Source: Microcoleus sp. (GTDB lineage Bacteria > Cyanobacteriota > Cyanobacteriia > Cyanobacteriales > Microcoleaceae). Taken from it: a DNA stretch of 64,000 nt. The notes under the pieces were generated by a model. That model was not told the DNA's origin and did not search any database. It saw only the letters and a program-made list of their open reading frames with translations. Numbering within the stretch: position 1 is the first letter of the stretch; every line of letters begins with the position of its first letter. Positions 1-10,232 of this stretch are shown piece after piece. The position numbers and the translations under genes are program-made. The stretch spans positions 2,272,001-2,336,000 of the forward strand of contig CP181291.1 in NCBI GenBank assembly GCA_052279835.1, given 5' to 3'.

Positions 1-1247
1 GGATTTAGTTGCAGACACTCACCAAACAATTGTGCAGATTCTTTATGTTTACTCGCACTGTAGTTATATAAAGCTTCTCGAAATATAGATAAAGTCCTTG
101 ACTTGCCTTCCTTTACTTCAGGTTTATCCGCTTCAAATACTTCATAAATTGTCACCAAATTAGATTTTCCTTTGACTCGAACATGACCGATATTGCGGAT
201 ACAATCCCGTGGAAAATCTGTTAACTTGGAAAAAGTATTTTGAGTAATTAACATTGATACTCCGTAGCTTTTTGTCAGGCTTTCCACCCGCGCCGCTAAA
301 TTCACCGCATCCCCAATCACTGTACTATCCATCCGATTAGTTGCCCCAACGGTTCCTAACATCAATGAACCTGTATTGATACCAATCCCAATTTTAATCG
401 GTACATAACCAGCATTAACCCGATATAGATTATAATCATCTAGACTGTGCAACATAGAAATTCCGGCTTGGACTGCATCAACGGCACTGTGACCAAATAA
501 AGCCATAATTGCATCCCCAATATATTTATCAATAAAACCGTGATTTTCAATAATTCCCGGTTCCATGCGACTTAAATAAGCATTAATAAATTTAAAATTT
601 TCTTGGGGTGTCATTCCCTCCGACAGAGCAGTAAAATCCCTAATATCAGAAAATAATATGGACATTTCTTTTTCCACGCTGTCCCCCAGTTTAACATCGC
701 TCAACGTGTCACGGCTTAGCAGCGAGACAAATTCATTAGGTACAAAGCGTTTAGCAGCTTCCGTTAATTTTGATTGCTGTTGTAGGGCAAATTCCAACTC
801 CTGATTTATTTTCCTAAGTTCCGCATTTTGTGCACCTAGTTTTTTATCTTGACTGTAACTGTGGACCGCTTCTGTTACCGTCAATTTCAAATCTTCAGTT
901 TGCCAAGGTTTGCCTATATAACGATAAAGTTTAGCATTTTTGATAGCATTTCCTACCGCCTCAATAGTCGCCTGACCTGTTAGCATCACCTTGAGAGTTT
1001 TAGGAGATAATTGGTGGACTCGCCTCAACAGTTCATCTCCTTTCATGTCTGGCATCACGTAATCGGAGATAATTAAGGGAATTTCATACTCGTCTTCCAT
1101 CAATTCAGCAATTAATTCTAGGGCATCTTCACCTCCTTCAGCAATTTCAATTCGATAAGTATTACCTAAAGCATCTTTTAATTCAGTTTTGAGACTTTTC
1201 AAAACTGTTTTTTCATCATCCACACAAATAATAACTTGTTTGGTCAT
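1..1247 (-). CDS. Response regulator receiver fused to class III adenylate/guanylate cyclase (3' end runs off the window)
   Basis: Manual translation from ATG at 1247: MTKQVIICVDDEK...IISDYVMPDMKGD (receiver), then MSILFSDIRDF...IDKYIGDAIMA...KIGIGINTG...STVIGDAVNLAARVE (cyclase). ATGA overlap with the upstream RR stop. Confidence 0.9.
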   Translation of the reverse strand, partial: MTKQVIICVDDEKTVLKSLKTELKDALGNTYRIEIAEGGEDALELIAELMEDEYEIPLIISDYVMPDMKGDELLRRVHQLSPKTLKVMLTGQATIEAVGNAIKNAKLYRYIGKPWQTEDLKLTVTEAVHSYSQDKKLGAQNAELRKINQELEFALQQQSKLTEAAKRFVPNEFVSLLSRDTLSDVKLGDSVEKEMSILFSDIRDFTALSEGMTPQENFKFINAYLSRMEPGIIENHGFIDKYIGDAIMALFGHSAVDAVQAGISMLHSLDDYNLYRVNAGYVPIKIGIGINTGSLMLGTVGATNRMDSTVIGDAVNLAARVESLTKSYGVSMLITQNTFSKLTDFPRDCIRNIGHVRVKGKSNLVTIYEVFEADKPEVKEGKSRTLSIFREALYNYSASKHKESAQLFGECLQLN

Positions 1248-1636
1248 AGTGATAAAGCAGTTTTAATGGTTTCGATCAACTCTTCTTCTGACCAAGGTTT
1301 GTGCAAACAGCGATGGAGGTTTGCTTCATCGAACGCCCTCTGGACTGCATCTTCATCCGCTTGACCAGTCAGCATAATTTTAACAATATTCGGAAATTTT
1401 TTATGGACTCGAACTAAAAACTCGTCTCCCTTCATTCCTGGCATCAACCAATCAGAAACAATTAAAATAATCATTGTTTCGTCATCGTTGAATTCATCGA
1501 TTAACTCTAAAGCATCCGCAGGACTCTCTGCCATTTCATAGGCATAGTTACTACCAAATGCTGATTTTAATTGGGTTTTGAGACTTTTCAATACCACTTT
1601 TTCGTCGTCAACGCACAGGATGATTGGCTTAGACAT
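1244..1636 (-). CDS. Single-domain response regulator (receiver only)
   Basis: ILCVDDE, IVSDWLMPGMKGD, MLTGQ and KPW motifs. Confidence 0.93.
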   Translation of the reverse strand: MSKPIILCVDDEKVVLKSLKTQLKSAFGSNYAYEMAESPADALELIDEFNDDETMIILIVSDWLMPGMKGDEFLVRVHKKFPNIVKIMLTGQADEDAVQRAFDEANLHRCLHKPWSEEELIETIKTALSL

Positions 1637-1877
1637 TTTTGGCCTGTTGATTAGGATTATACCAAAAGGAATATGGAAGATGGAAGATGCAATAAAATCA
1701 ATGATTTTAGTAATTCAAAATGTCATCATCACCAAAGTATTGAGTATAATACTAGGAATTTGTCAGGGTTTGAATCAACTATAATTTTCATTGATTTTGA
1801 ATTGACAAACAACCGAATTTAGGAAAAATTGGGAGTTTTTTATAGCTACTCGATCCTCAGCCTGTTTTTAGGAAATT

Positions 1878-4658
1878 TTAGGCAAGATTCGCCGATAGGA
1901 AAACCGTAAAAGTGGTTTTGCCGGGAACCGATTCCACCTCTATTTTACCATGATGTTTTTCAATAATTTTTTTGACAATATCCAGCCCCAGACCACTACC
2001 TTCTCCGGGGGGCTTAGTAGTAAAAAATGGCTCGAATATTCTGGGCAGAACTTCGGGTGGAATTCCCTGACCACTATCGGTGACTGCAACTTTGACATAA
2101 TTACCCTCCTGAAGCAGATCGATCGTCAATGTTCCTTTATTCTTCATTGCTTGCAGGGCGTTATGAATCAGATTTGTCCACACCTGATTGAGTTGGTCTG
2201 CGTAGCAGAGGATTGGTTCTATTTTTTGGAAATTTCGTAATACTTCTACGCCGTGTTTGATGTTATTTTGGTACAGGGTTAGTACCGTTTCTATGCCATC
2301 GACTATATCCGATTGAATCATGGCTTCCGACGAGTCGTAACGGGCATAATTTTTCAGTGCAAATACGACTTTTGATGCTCTATCTGTTGCGGTATTTATT
2401 GTTTGAGTTCCCCGCTGAATTTCTGAGAGTTTGTAAGCCATTTCCAAGATGCTATGCCGATCGCTATTTTGTAGCAAACTCAAAAATTCCTCGGCTTCGT
2501 AAATTCCCATATCGACCAAGGTATCAGCGATATCATCAGCATCATCAATATCTTGGTCTTCCAGTTCGCTAATTAAAGACCGCTTTAACTTCCTTTCTTC
2601 TTTGGCTGTTAAACTCATATCTTTTTCCAGAGACTTGTTGAGCAAAAGGAAGAAGATTTCAGCTTCGGCGCTGGAAAGTGACTGAAACAGCGAGGGTAAG
2701 TTAGAAAGAGTTTGTCCCAAAAATTTAGTCATATTTCCAGCACTCGATCGAATCGCACCCAAAGGAGTGTTTAGTTCGTGGGCTACTCCGGCTACTAATT
2801 GTCCTAACGCAGCCATTTTTTCCGATTGAATTAGTTCGTTCTGAGTCGCTTGCAAATAGTTCAAAGCTTCCGAAAGTTCTTGAGTTCTTTGGGCGACTTC
2901 AATTTCGAGGGTGTGGTTATATTCCGCTACCAACTTCTCACTTTCTTTGCGTTGAGTGATATCCGCCAAAGCTGCGATCGCATAACTGACTTTTCCTTTT
3001 TCATCATAAATTGGCGTTCCCCAAGCTTCAAGGGGAATCACCCGATCGCCTTTGTGGATTTCTAAGTCATCAAAATTGACACTTGAGCCATTAAAAGCAC
3101 AAATTATTGGATGTTTCTCAGGAGGGTATATTTCATTACTACCAGCCAGATAAATTTGATATTCCTCTCTAATTTCATCACGATTAAGACCCGCCACTAT
3201 ACCTTTTCCCAGCAATGATTTGGCGCGAGAATTAATGTAGTAGGGCTGACCGCTAGATTCAGCTACAAATATCCCCACTGGAACGGCTTCTAAAATTTGG
3301 TTAAGTTGGCTTTTACTCTCAGATAATTCTTCATTCAAAGCTTGCATTTCCGCGAAGGAGAGTTGCAGTTGTTCCGCCATACTCTTAAAGGAATGAGCCA
3401 GTTCCCCTACCTCATCATTACGGTTAATTTCTACAATTTTTCCCCACTGACCTTTGGTAATATTTTTGGCGGTTTCATTCAAATATAAAATTGGCTTAGT
3501 CACCCATCTTGCCGTGAGTATGCCGATAATTATGGCTACTGTAAAAGCAGCAATGCACAGCAAAATAGTCGTCCTAGTGTTGGCATTAATTTGTTCCAAG
3601 AAGTCAGATTCTGGAATAATTACCACAATCAACCAATCCAAACCCTTGTCATCCTTTAAGGGTGTAACTTGCATAAATTGTTCATGGCCTTGAATTTGAA
3701 AGTTAAGCTGTTGGCTCTGCTGAATATTATTTAGATCTCCAAAGCGTTCTTCCAAGTATTTAGTTGTCAGACTTATTACGCTATTTTCACTATTTATAGC
3801 CCGAATTCTTTCGGTTTCTTCACCCTTAATTAAATATACTGGAGCCGTAGTCGATGTAGTGATTAAAGCCCCGGAACGCTCGACAATAAATGTCTGTCCT
3901 GATTTGCCAATTTTCAACTTAGCAAGAAACTCATTCACTCGCGAAAAAAGTAAGTCTGTTCCAAAGACTGCCTGCAACTCTCCCGATGCGTCGTATAATG
4001 GCTGGGCTGCTGTAATACCCAATCCTTTGCTAGTAAAATCAGCGTAAATTTTACTCCAAGTTGCCTTTTTTGCTTCCGTTGCTGCGGTGTACCAGGGACG
4101 GACTCGCGGGTCATATTTCGGTTTAACTTTAACTAAATCAGTACGTTCACCTTCCTTATTGACAGCATAATAATTCATGTTGCCTTCGGTCAGTTCGCTT
4201 CTTTCTTGCAGTAAAAAATTACCCTCATTTGTACGCCTCACGCCAATAAAATCTCCCGCTGGAGTAGCAACATATGTAACGCTTACAGTGTCAAAAGTTT
4301 GCAGTTGCTTCCAAAAGTGACGCTGGATTTTGGGAGTGTCTTGCAAATTCAGATCCCCCAATTCAAAAGCATTAGCTTTAAATTGATTGAGTTGATGGGG
4401 AAAGGTCATGTATGCTTGAACGCGCTCCGAGATGCGATCGCTAATTTCTTGTCGCAACTGAGAAGCAACTTCATTAACCGCTTGTTGTCCGTTGCGAAAC
4501 GACAGATAGCCTACAACTCCCACCGCAGCGAAGATTTGCAAAACGAAGGGAACTATCAGGACTGTTCGCAAGGGGAGGGAGCGAGCATTTTTTATAATCG
4601 CTAATTTGCCCGCAGATTGGCTTGGGTCTGCAACTTTGACGCTCGATCGTGTAATCAT
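1878..4658 (-). CDS. Membrane sensor histidine kinase (Cache, HAMP, PAS-like, HisKA, HATPase)
   Basis: Two TM segments, YDPRVRPWY Cache motif, HAMP (NDEVGELA), H-box AGVAHELNTP, N-box NLIHNA, and FEPFFTTK..GSGLGL. Confidence 0.93.
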   Translation of the reverse strand: MITRSSVKVADPSQSAGKLAIIKNARSLPLRTVLIVPFVLQIFAAVGVVGYLSFRNGQQAVNEVASQLRQEISDRISERVQAYMTFPHQLNQFKANAFELGDLNLQDTPKIQRHFWKQLQTFDTVSVTYVATPAGDFIGVRRTNEGNFLLQERSELTEGNMNYYAVNKEGERTDLVKVKPKYDPRVRPWYTAATEAKKATWSKIYADFTSKGLGITAAQPLYDASGELQAVFGTDLLFSRVNEFLAKLKIGKSGQTFIVERSGALITTSTTAPVYLIKGEETERIRAINSENSVISLTTKYLEERFGDLNNIQQSQQLNFQIQGHEQFMQVTPLKDDKGLDWLIVVIIPESDFLEQINANTRTTILLCIAAFTVAIIIGILTARWVTKPILYLNETAKNITKGQWGKIVEINRNDEVGELAHSFKSMAEQLQLSFAEMQALNEELSESKSQLNQILEAVPVGIFVAESSGQPYYINSRAKSLLGKGIVAGLNRDEIREEYQIYLAGSNEIYPPEKHPIICAFNGSSVNFDDLEIHKGDRVIPLEAWGTPIYDEKGKVSYAIAALADITQRKESEKLVAEYNHTLEIEVAQRTQELSEALNYLQATQNELIQSEKMAALGQLVAGVAHELNTPLGAIRSSAGNMTKFLGQTLSNLPSLFQSLSSAEAEIFFLLLNKSLEKDMSLTAKEERKLKRSLISELEDQDIDDADDIADTLVDMGIYEAEEFLSLLQNSDRHSILEMAYKLSEIQRGTQTINTATDRASKVVFALKNYARYDSSEAMIQSDIVDGIETVLTLYQNNIKHGVEVLRNFQKIEPILCYADQLNQVWTNLIHNALQAMKNKGTLTIDLLQEGNYVKVAVTDSGQGIPPEVLPRIFEPFFTTKPPGEGSGLGLDIVKKIIEKHHGKIEVESVPGKTTFTVFLSANLA

Positions 4659-5196
4659 GCTTAGAAAGACTTGTTGGCGATGAGGTATTATATCATTTCG
4701 ATGAGCTGCACCCGAACAAGTTCAGAACTAATTATACCAGCAAACAGATTCTAGATTGGGCGATATTTAAAATCCCAGCTATGGCGAGCTTGATTTCCCG
4801 TCTATCTGTGGAATATGTTACAGACTGTAAACGGAACATAACTTATTTGGTCGCTAGAAGGCATTAGCAATATGTCTTAAATTCCCTAAGCCAATTGGCT
4901 AATTTTTGCGATAAAAACCCGCTATCTCAGAAAAAAAATTCGCCAAAAGTCACAATCTTTTGAGCAAATAGATTGGTTAACCCTTCAACTCTCTTGTCTC
5001 TGATGCGTAAGTTTCATTTTTGCTCTGTAGCACTTCTTTTTTAGTTCGCAGCACCTTACAAAGCAAAAAAAAGGTGATGGTATTGTGCCACATTTTACAA
5101 GAGACTGATTCAGCAAAGCCTGTAAAGGGCAGACTGGATGCCTACCCCAGCATCATTTTTGGAAATATTTGACACTCCTGAGCCTGAAGCGTAATC

Positions 5197-7455
5197 TTAG
5201 GTGAGCGATCGCAAATCCACGCGACGAATCGCCACCACCGCAGGCTTAGGCGGATCATTAGGTTTATTCCCAGGCCAATTAGAACCAATAGGCACTTTAC
5301 GAGTTTGCATAAACTCCTGACCATCAGTAGTTTTCATCGCCAACTCACGGCTCTCAAAAGCCAGATCTAGGCGAGTTCCATTCATCTCTCCCGGATGCTG
5401 AATAGAAAGAAATAAAGTCTTTTCATCTTCAGTAAAAAACGGCCCAGTAGTTTCGCACTCCATCGGCCCAATTCCAAACAAGAAAGCCTCCCCCGCATTC
5501 GGACCAGAAGCAGGCAAAAACCAAATCGAATTGTTTCCGTACAAACCCCGTAAATTAGATTGGCTAATCGGCTTTCCATCCTTACCAACTCTACCCGGAG
5601 GAATGGCAGAATTTAGTTTATCAGAAGACATATCATTCACCATCCAGATATTACCACTCTTGTCAATCATCAAATTATCTGGATTAGCAAAACCCAACCC
5701 GCCCTCAGCAGGTTCACCACCAGTCGCAAACATTTTCCACTGGAAACTCATTGCAGATGGTTCGTTACCATCTTCCATCAAACGCATAATCCAGCCGTAT
5801 TCGTGAGCTTTACCATCTTTACCTTGAAAAATTCGCAAATCTGGACCACCGTCGGTATCGCTTCCCGAACCGGAAGTAAAGGTAATATAAAGAGAACCAT
5901 CAGGAGCAATTTCCGTATCTTCAGGGCGAGCAGTGCAAGTAGCACCAGCCGCACTTGCGGCATAATGAGCGTCAATTAAAATTGCACCTTGTTTTTCCAG
6001 AGCATTGCCTTGATAAAGGTCGCCTAGAGTCTTAAACTTCTGTTTAAAAGCAGCGACATCGGCATCTTTTTCAACTTTAAAAAAACCGCCTTGTGGTCGC
6101 TGCGGTAAATTAATGATTCCCCCTGCATGAATGCTAGGCAAATCTGGATTAACAGGAGTGTCAGCCTTGAGTGCAATCCAGCTACCCGTACCGTCAGCAT
6201 TAAACTTAGCAGCATAAAGCATTCCCTCTGTCAATAGTTGGGAATTAGCTTTGTCTTTGGGGTTTTTGACCGCATTTTTGCTGACGAACTTGTAGAGATG
6301 ACCGCTGCGGCGATCGCACCCAGAGTAAAATGCTAAAGGTTTGCCCGTTACAACTCGAATTCCCAGGGCTTCGTGGCGGTATCTTCCCAACCAAGTATGC
6401 TTAGTTCCATAATCCTTCGGATTAGCCGGGTCTAATTCCACCATCCAGCCGTATTTGTTCCCCGCCAACCCGAAGACATTACCCAAACCGCCCATTTCTT
6501 CGGCATCAATGTAGAATTTTTTCTGACCTGGGTCAAAAGATGTACCATCGGCAAATACAGGTTCCGGTACTAAATTTTGGATATTTTCTTCAGCACTAAA
6601 AACTGTTCCCCAGGGTGTCGTACCGCCCGCACAGTTAGCAAAAGTGCCGATAATTTTGTCACCCAATTTGTCCTGATAGCCTTGACCTTTTTTGTTGAAC
6701 ACAGCTACAGCCGGGCCTGTTGCTTTCACGTAGCGTCCGTCTGTTAAACCAGAAATACCAGTAATTCGGCGATCGGCTTTAGAATTAGTCCGCTCCCATT
6801 GGCCCGCTGGATTGCGGCGAATGGATATGACTCCTATCCCTAAATCAACTAAAGCTTCTGTACTCACCTCCTTAACCATCTTTTTAGTTGGCTCTTTGTC
6901 ACCCAAGGAAAAAGCATTAATTCCATCTTTTCCCGCAGGTTTGAGTGCAGTTTCTATCTCAGCAAAAGGGAGGGACTTACCAATGATTTTTTGATAGGTT
7001 TGAATCCAAGGCTTGGCACTAATGTATTCAAAATTAACAGTCAAAAATCCTTCATCTTTGCTGGTTTCAACAAAGGAGAGATAGTCATTGTTATAGCCGA
7101 AGCGAGAATCACCTACTTTGTCTCCCCAAGCCGCGATAATATCGTAAATAAAATCTTCGGGGAGTAGCAGGTCGTCTGGGACTTCGTAGGTACTGTAAGC
7201 TTGGATTTGCTGTTGTGATGACGACGTACTAATTTCGATTAATTGTCCGGTTTGTGCTACGGTGCTGCTACCTGACAAAGGCATTGGCCCTTTAAGGGGT
7301 TTAAAGTTTATGCCTCCTTGAGTATTAGCAGATGTATTTGTCGCATTCACCGAATCTACGAAGGGGGTGAAGGCTTTTTGCTGGCAAGAATTGAGTGCGA
7401 TACTACCAGCACTTGCACCTAAGAAAAGTAGGAATTCGCGACGCTTGATAGTCAT
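5197..7455 (-). CDS. phoX: PhoX-family alkaline phosphatase (DUF839) with Tat/lipoprotein signal
   Basis: KRREFL twin-arginine signal; NCAGGTTPWGTVFSAEEN, GRYRHEA, RPED, ANPDNL, ETTGP and SIQHPGE motifs. Confidence 0.92.
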   Translation of the reverse strand: MTIKRREFLLFLGASAGSIALNSCQQKAFTPFVDSVNATNTSANTQGGINFKPLKGPMPLSGSSTVAQTGQLIEISTSSSQQQIQAYSTYEVPDDLLLPEDFIYDIIAAWGDKVGDSRFGYNNDYLSFVETSKDEGFLTVNFEYISAKPWIQTYQKIIGKSLPFAEIETALKPAGKDGINAFSLGDKEPTKKMVKEVSTEALVDLGIGVISIRRNPAGQWERTNSKADRRITGISGLTDGRYVKATGPAVAVFNKKGQGYQDKLGDKIIGTFANCAGGTTPWGTVFSAEENIQNLVPEPVFADGTSFDPGQKKFYIDAEEMGGLGNVFGLAGNKYGWMVELDPANPKDYGTKHTWLGRYRHEALGIRVVTGKPLAFYSGCDRRSGHLYKFVSKNAVKNPKDKANSQLLTEGMLYAAKFNADGTGSWIALKADTPVNPDLPSIHAGGIINLPQRPQGGFFKVEKDADVAAFKQKFKTLGDLYQGNALEKQGAILIDAHYAASAAGATCTARPEDTEIAPDGSLYITFTSGSGSDTDGGPDLRIFQGKDGKAHEYGWIMRLMEDGNEPSAMSFQWKMFATGGEPAEGGLGFANPDNLMIDKSGNIWMVNDMSSDKLNSAIPPGRVGKDGKPISQSNLRGLYGNNSIWFLPASGPNAGEAFLFGIGPMECETTGPFFTEDEKTLFLSIQHPGEMNGTRLDLAFESRELAMKTTDGQEFMQTRKVPIGSNWPGNKPNDPPKPAVVAIRRVDLRSLT

Positions 7456-7678
7456 AGGTAAAACAGAGTTTAACGAGAGGTTATTTGCAGATTTGTTTCA
7501 CACTAGAATGAAGCAAGTCTTTAGACTACCTTCAGCAACCGAGTGAGGAAGCAGGAATACTGGGTATGTTGTTTAATCTTTTCTAACACAAGCTCAAAAA
7601 TAAGGACACAACAAAATTGTGTCCCTAAGTTAATTAAATGGCTAAGATAGCAACCTCTCCTTTGATTAATTTGAAAAT

Positions 7679-8419
7679 TCAGCCAAATCGATAGCCAAAC
7701 CCGCGCACTGTAATGATATATTCCGGTTGACTGGGGTCTATTTCCAATTTTTCTCGCAGCCAGCGGATGTGAACGTCCACTGTTTTGCTGTCTCCGATAA
7801 AATCTTGCCCCCAAATTTTTTCCAGCAACTGATCGCGAGACCAAACTCGACGGGGATAACTCATAAATAGTTCTAACAAACGAAATTGTTTGGGAGAAAA
7901 TTTTACTTCTACACCGCGAACCAGGACTCGACATTCTTCAGGATAAAGAGTTATGTTCTTGTATTGCAGCATTACTGGTTGTGGCAACTGACCGAGGCGT
8001 TGCCTTCGCATCAGTGCTCGACAGCGAGCGATAAACTCTCGCATTCCAAAAGGTTTGGTTAGGTAGTCATCGGAGCCGGCTTCCAAGTAAAAAGCGCAAT
8101 TATTTGCACTTCCCCTGGCACCAATAATCAAAATAGGTACGGGATTTCCTTGATGTCGTAACATTCGACACAGATCTAAACCGTTAATTGAATCCATAAT
8201 CAGCAAGTTAAAGCATGAATCACCGTGATATGACGATCCACTTTGGATGGAAGGGAGAGCGTTGCGCCCGTCGCTAGTAACCACCACCTCATAGCCCTGT
8301 TCTTGGAGGGCTAAAGCTAGCATTTCCCGCAATAGGTCTTCACCTTCGAGTAACAAGATCCGACCCGCTTGTCCAACGGTAGACCTGGAAGGACTTTCGC
8401 TTAATTCAGCAGAAGACAT
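7679..8419 (-). CDS. OmpR/PhoB-family regulator, SphR-like, with atypical receiver
   Basis: Winged-helix C-terminus RVWSRDQLLEKIWGQDFIGDSKTVDVHIRWLREKLE...TVRGFGYRFG is SphR-like; lies directly upstream of phoX. Confidence 0.85.
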   Translation of the reverse strand: MSSAELSESPSRSTVGQAGRILLLEGEDLLREMLALALQEQGYEVVVTSDGRNALPSIQSGSSYHGDSCFNLLIMDSINGLDLCRMLRHQGNPVPILIIGARGSANNCAFYLEAGSDDYLTKPFGMREFIARCRALMRRQRLGQLPQPVMLQYKNITLYPEECRVLVRGVEVKFSPKQFRLLELFMSYPRRVWSRDQLLEKIWGQDFIGDSKTVDVHIRWLREKLEIDPSQPEYIITVRGFGYRFG

Positions 8420-8749
8420 AAAAATCAGTGTTTGAGTTATGTTTGTTTGTGGCTGGTGGAAGGCGCCTTGTTAAGTGGCTCAGGCGCGCCTCACGCTGCG
8501 ATCGCACTTATAAGATCGCCTGTTCAATCGCTTTACATCCTCTGCCAGTCCATCCAACAGATGCGCGCTCGACCTTTGCTACTTGCTCGTGCAAGGAATA
8601 AAGCCGTAGAGCAGTTGCCGAAGCCGCGCTGTCTGCCTGCGTCCAGGCTTGTGACGCCTGGTCTTTTTTAGGGGGTGGTGTTAATTTCATAAAACATTGC
8701 CCGCTGATAATTGACCAGGTAACACCCAATCTATAGGGAGATGGTCGTT

Positions 8750-8804
8750 ATCATACTCTTAAAAGGTTATGAAAAGGTAAAGCTTTGGTAATTAAGTAGT
8801 TAAA
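8750..8804 (-). promoter_or_regulatory. Pho box (four 11-bp-period repeats) with -10 element TATGAT
   Basis: Minus strand TTTAACTA-ctt-AATTACCA-aag-CTTTACCT-ttt-CATAACCT (8804..8764) resembles the cyanobacterial SphR consensus PyTTAAPyPy(T/A). TATGAT follows 8 nt downstream. Confidence 0.75.
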
Positions 8805-8851
8805 TTATTAAGGTCAAGTAATATAAATCTGAATTGGCGATCGGTACGCCT

Positions 8852-9136
8852 CTAATCGTTTAAAAACTCAACATTGCTATGTTCTAGTTCGGCGGCCCAA
8901 GCTACTTCTCCTGTTGCATCATCTACCAGTGCTAAGCCAGTCAATTTAGCGCCTGGATCTATTTTTAATCGCAAGGGTGCAATTTGGGGATTTGGTAGAA
9001 CATCTTTCAGGATGATGGTGAACGGGTAACGTTTCCAGACAGCGGCTTTGCCCTCTTGAAGCAGAATCCTGGAGCGGCCTGGATGGATAGGATTTAGAGG
9101 ATTTTTGTTGGTGTCTACAACGAATATTTTGCTCAT
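8852..9136 (-). pseudogene. iscB: 3'-truncated IscB (PLMP/RRXRR domain plus RuvC-I only)
   Basis: MSKIFVVD..PLNP.HPGRSR.LL..GKAAVWKRYPFTIIL and IDPGAKLTGLA...AAELEH, then an unrelated tail. Bridge helix, HNH and RuvC-II/III are absent. Confidence 0.9.
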
Positions 9137-9376
9137 ATTGAGCCTCCGAATAATCGGGTGACTTTTGCCTTGGTAATGTTAAGAGGGCTTGTCAGACTAG
9201 CAGCACTTCCTTAGCGAAATAAAGATGTTTAACTGGTAGCGACAGAGCAAGGAGCTGGCAAGCACTCACAGGGTGTCGTGACCTTCTTAACGTAGTCTGT
9301 GGTTAGACTTAACCGGGCTATCTCTACCAAGGAGCGATCGGGATTGTCCAGGTTTGTCCAGTGGTTCGCGGATAGC
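9137..9376 (-). ncRNA. omegaRNA / HEARO scaffold of an IS200/IS605 IscB element
   Basis: Immediately 5' of iscB. GCTATC...GATAGC opening stem, then CTACGTT, ACACCC..TGCTTGCCAGCTC..CTCTG, TTAAACA, AGTGCT, TAACATT.CCAAGGC and CACCCG motifs typical of HEARO RNAs. Confidence 0.82.
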
Positions 9377-9485
9377 AATGTAGAGCTTAGTTTAAGCATA
9401 AAATAATCGGTTTGGCTAGATCCTATTTTCTGCAATGGCCGACTACGATCGAGTTTGTAAGTAAAAAATCTATAAACTGCCTATA

Positions 9486-10232
9486 ATGTTGCTGCAATTG
9501 AGTACCTGGCCGGAGGTAGAAACCTATCTAGAGAGTTCCCGCGGCATAATTATCCCGATCGGCTCTACGGAACAACACGGACCGACTGGATTAATCGGGA
9601 CGGATGCCATAGCCGCGGAGGCGATCGCCCGTGGTGTGGGGGAAGCCGCCAATGCCTTAATTGGCCCGACCATTAATGTGGGCATGGCCTTGCACCACAC
9701 CGGTTTTCCCGGCACCATCAGCCTGCGACCACAAACCATGATACTGGTAATCAGGGATTATATCACATCTTTGGCAAAAGCGGGATTTGAGAAATATTTC
9801 TTTATTAACGGTCACGGTGGGAATATTGCGACGATGAAAGCAGCATTTTCCGAGACTTACGCCCATTTATCAGATTTGAATCTGCCGAATTGCGATCGAA
9901 TTCAATGTCAAATCGGCAATTGGTTTATGTGCGGCTCCGTCTACAAACTAGCCAAAGAATTGTACGGAAACCAAGAAGGTGGACACGCCACCCCTAGCGA
10001 AGTCGCCTTAACTCAGTACCTGTATCCAGAAGCCATCAAGCAAGCTCCACTTTCTGAGGAAGTTGCATCCGGGCACAAAATCTACGGTGCCACTGACTTT
10101 CGTCGCCGATTTCCCGATGGCAGAATGGGTTCAAACCCGGCTTTAGCAACTCCCGAACATGGCCAGCAATTTTATGAATTAGCAGTCAAAGAGTTAACTA
10201 ATAATTACTTGGAATTTTTAAGCTCGGATTAA
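9486..10232 (+). CDS. Creatininase/creatinine amidohydrolase family protein
   Basis: PIGSTEQHG, INGHGGN and GHATPSE motifs. Confidence 0.9.
   Translation: MLLQLSTWPEVETYLESSRGIIIPIGSTEQHGPTGLIGTDAIAAEAIARGVGEAANALIGPTINVGMALHHTGFPGTISLRPQTMILVIRDYITSLAKAGFEKYFFINGHGGNIATMKAAFSETYAHLSDLNLPNCDRIQCQIGNWFMCGSVYKLAKELYGNQEGGHATPSEVALTQYLYPEAIKQAPLSEEVASGHKIYGATDFRRRFPDGRMGSNPALATPEHGQQFYELAVKELTNNYLEFLSSD

Noticed and set aside
7456..7680. Separate Pho box directly upstream of phoX
   Set aside because: Only weak half-site matches (e.g. AATAACCT-ctc-GTTAAACT) with no convincing three-repeat array or -10.
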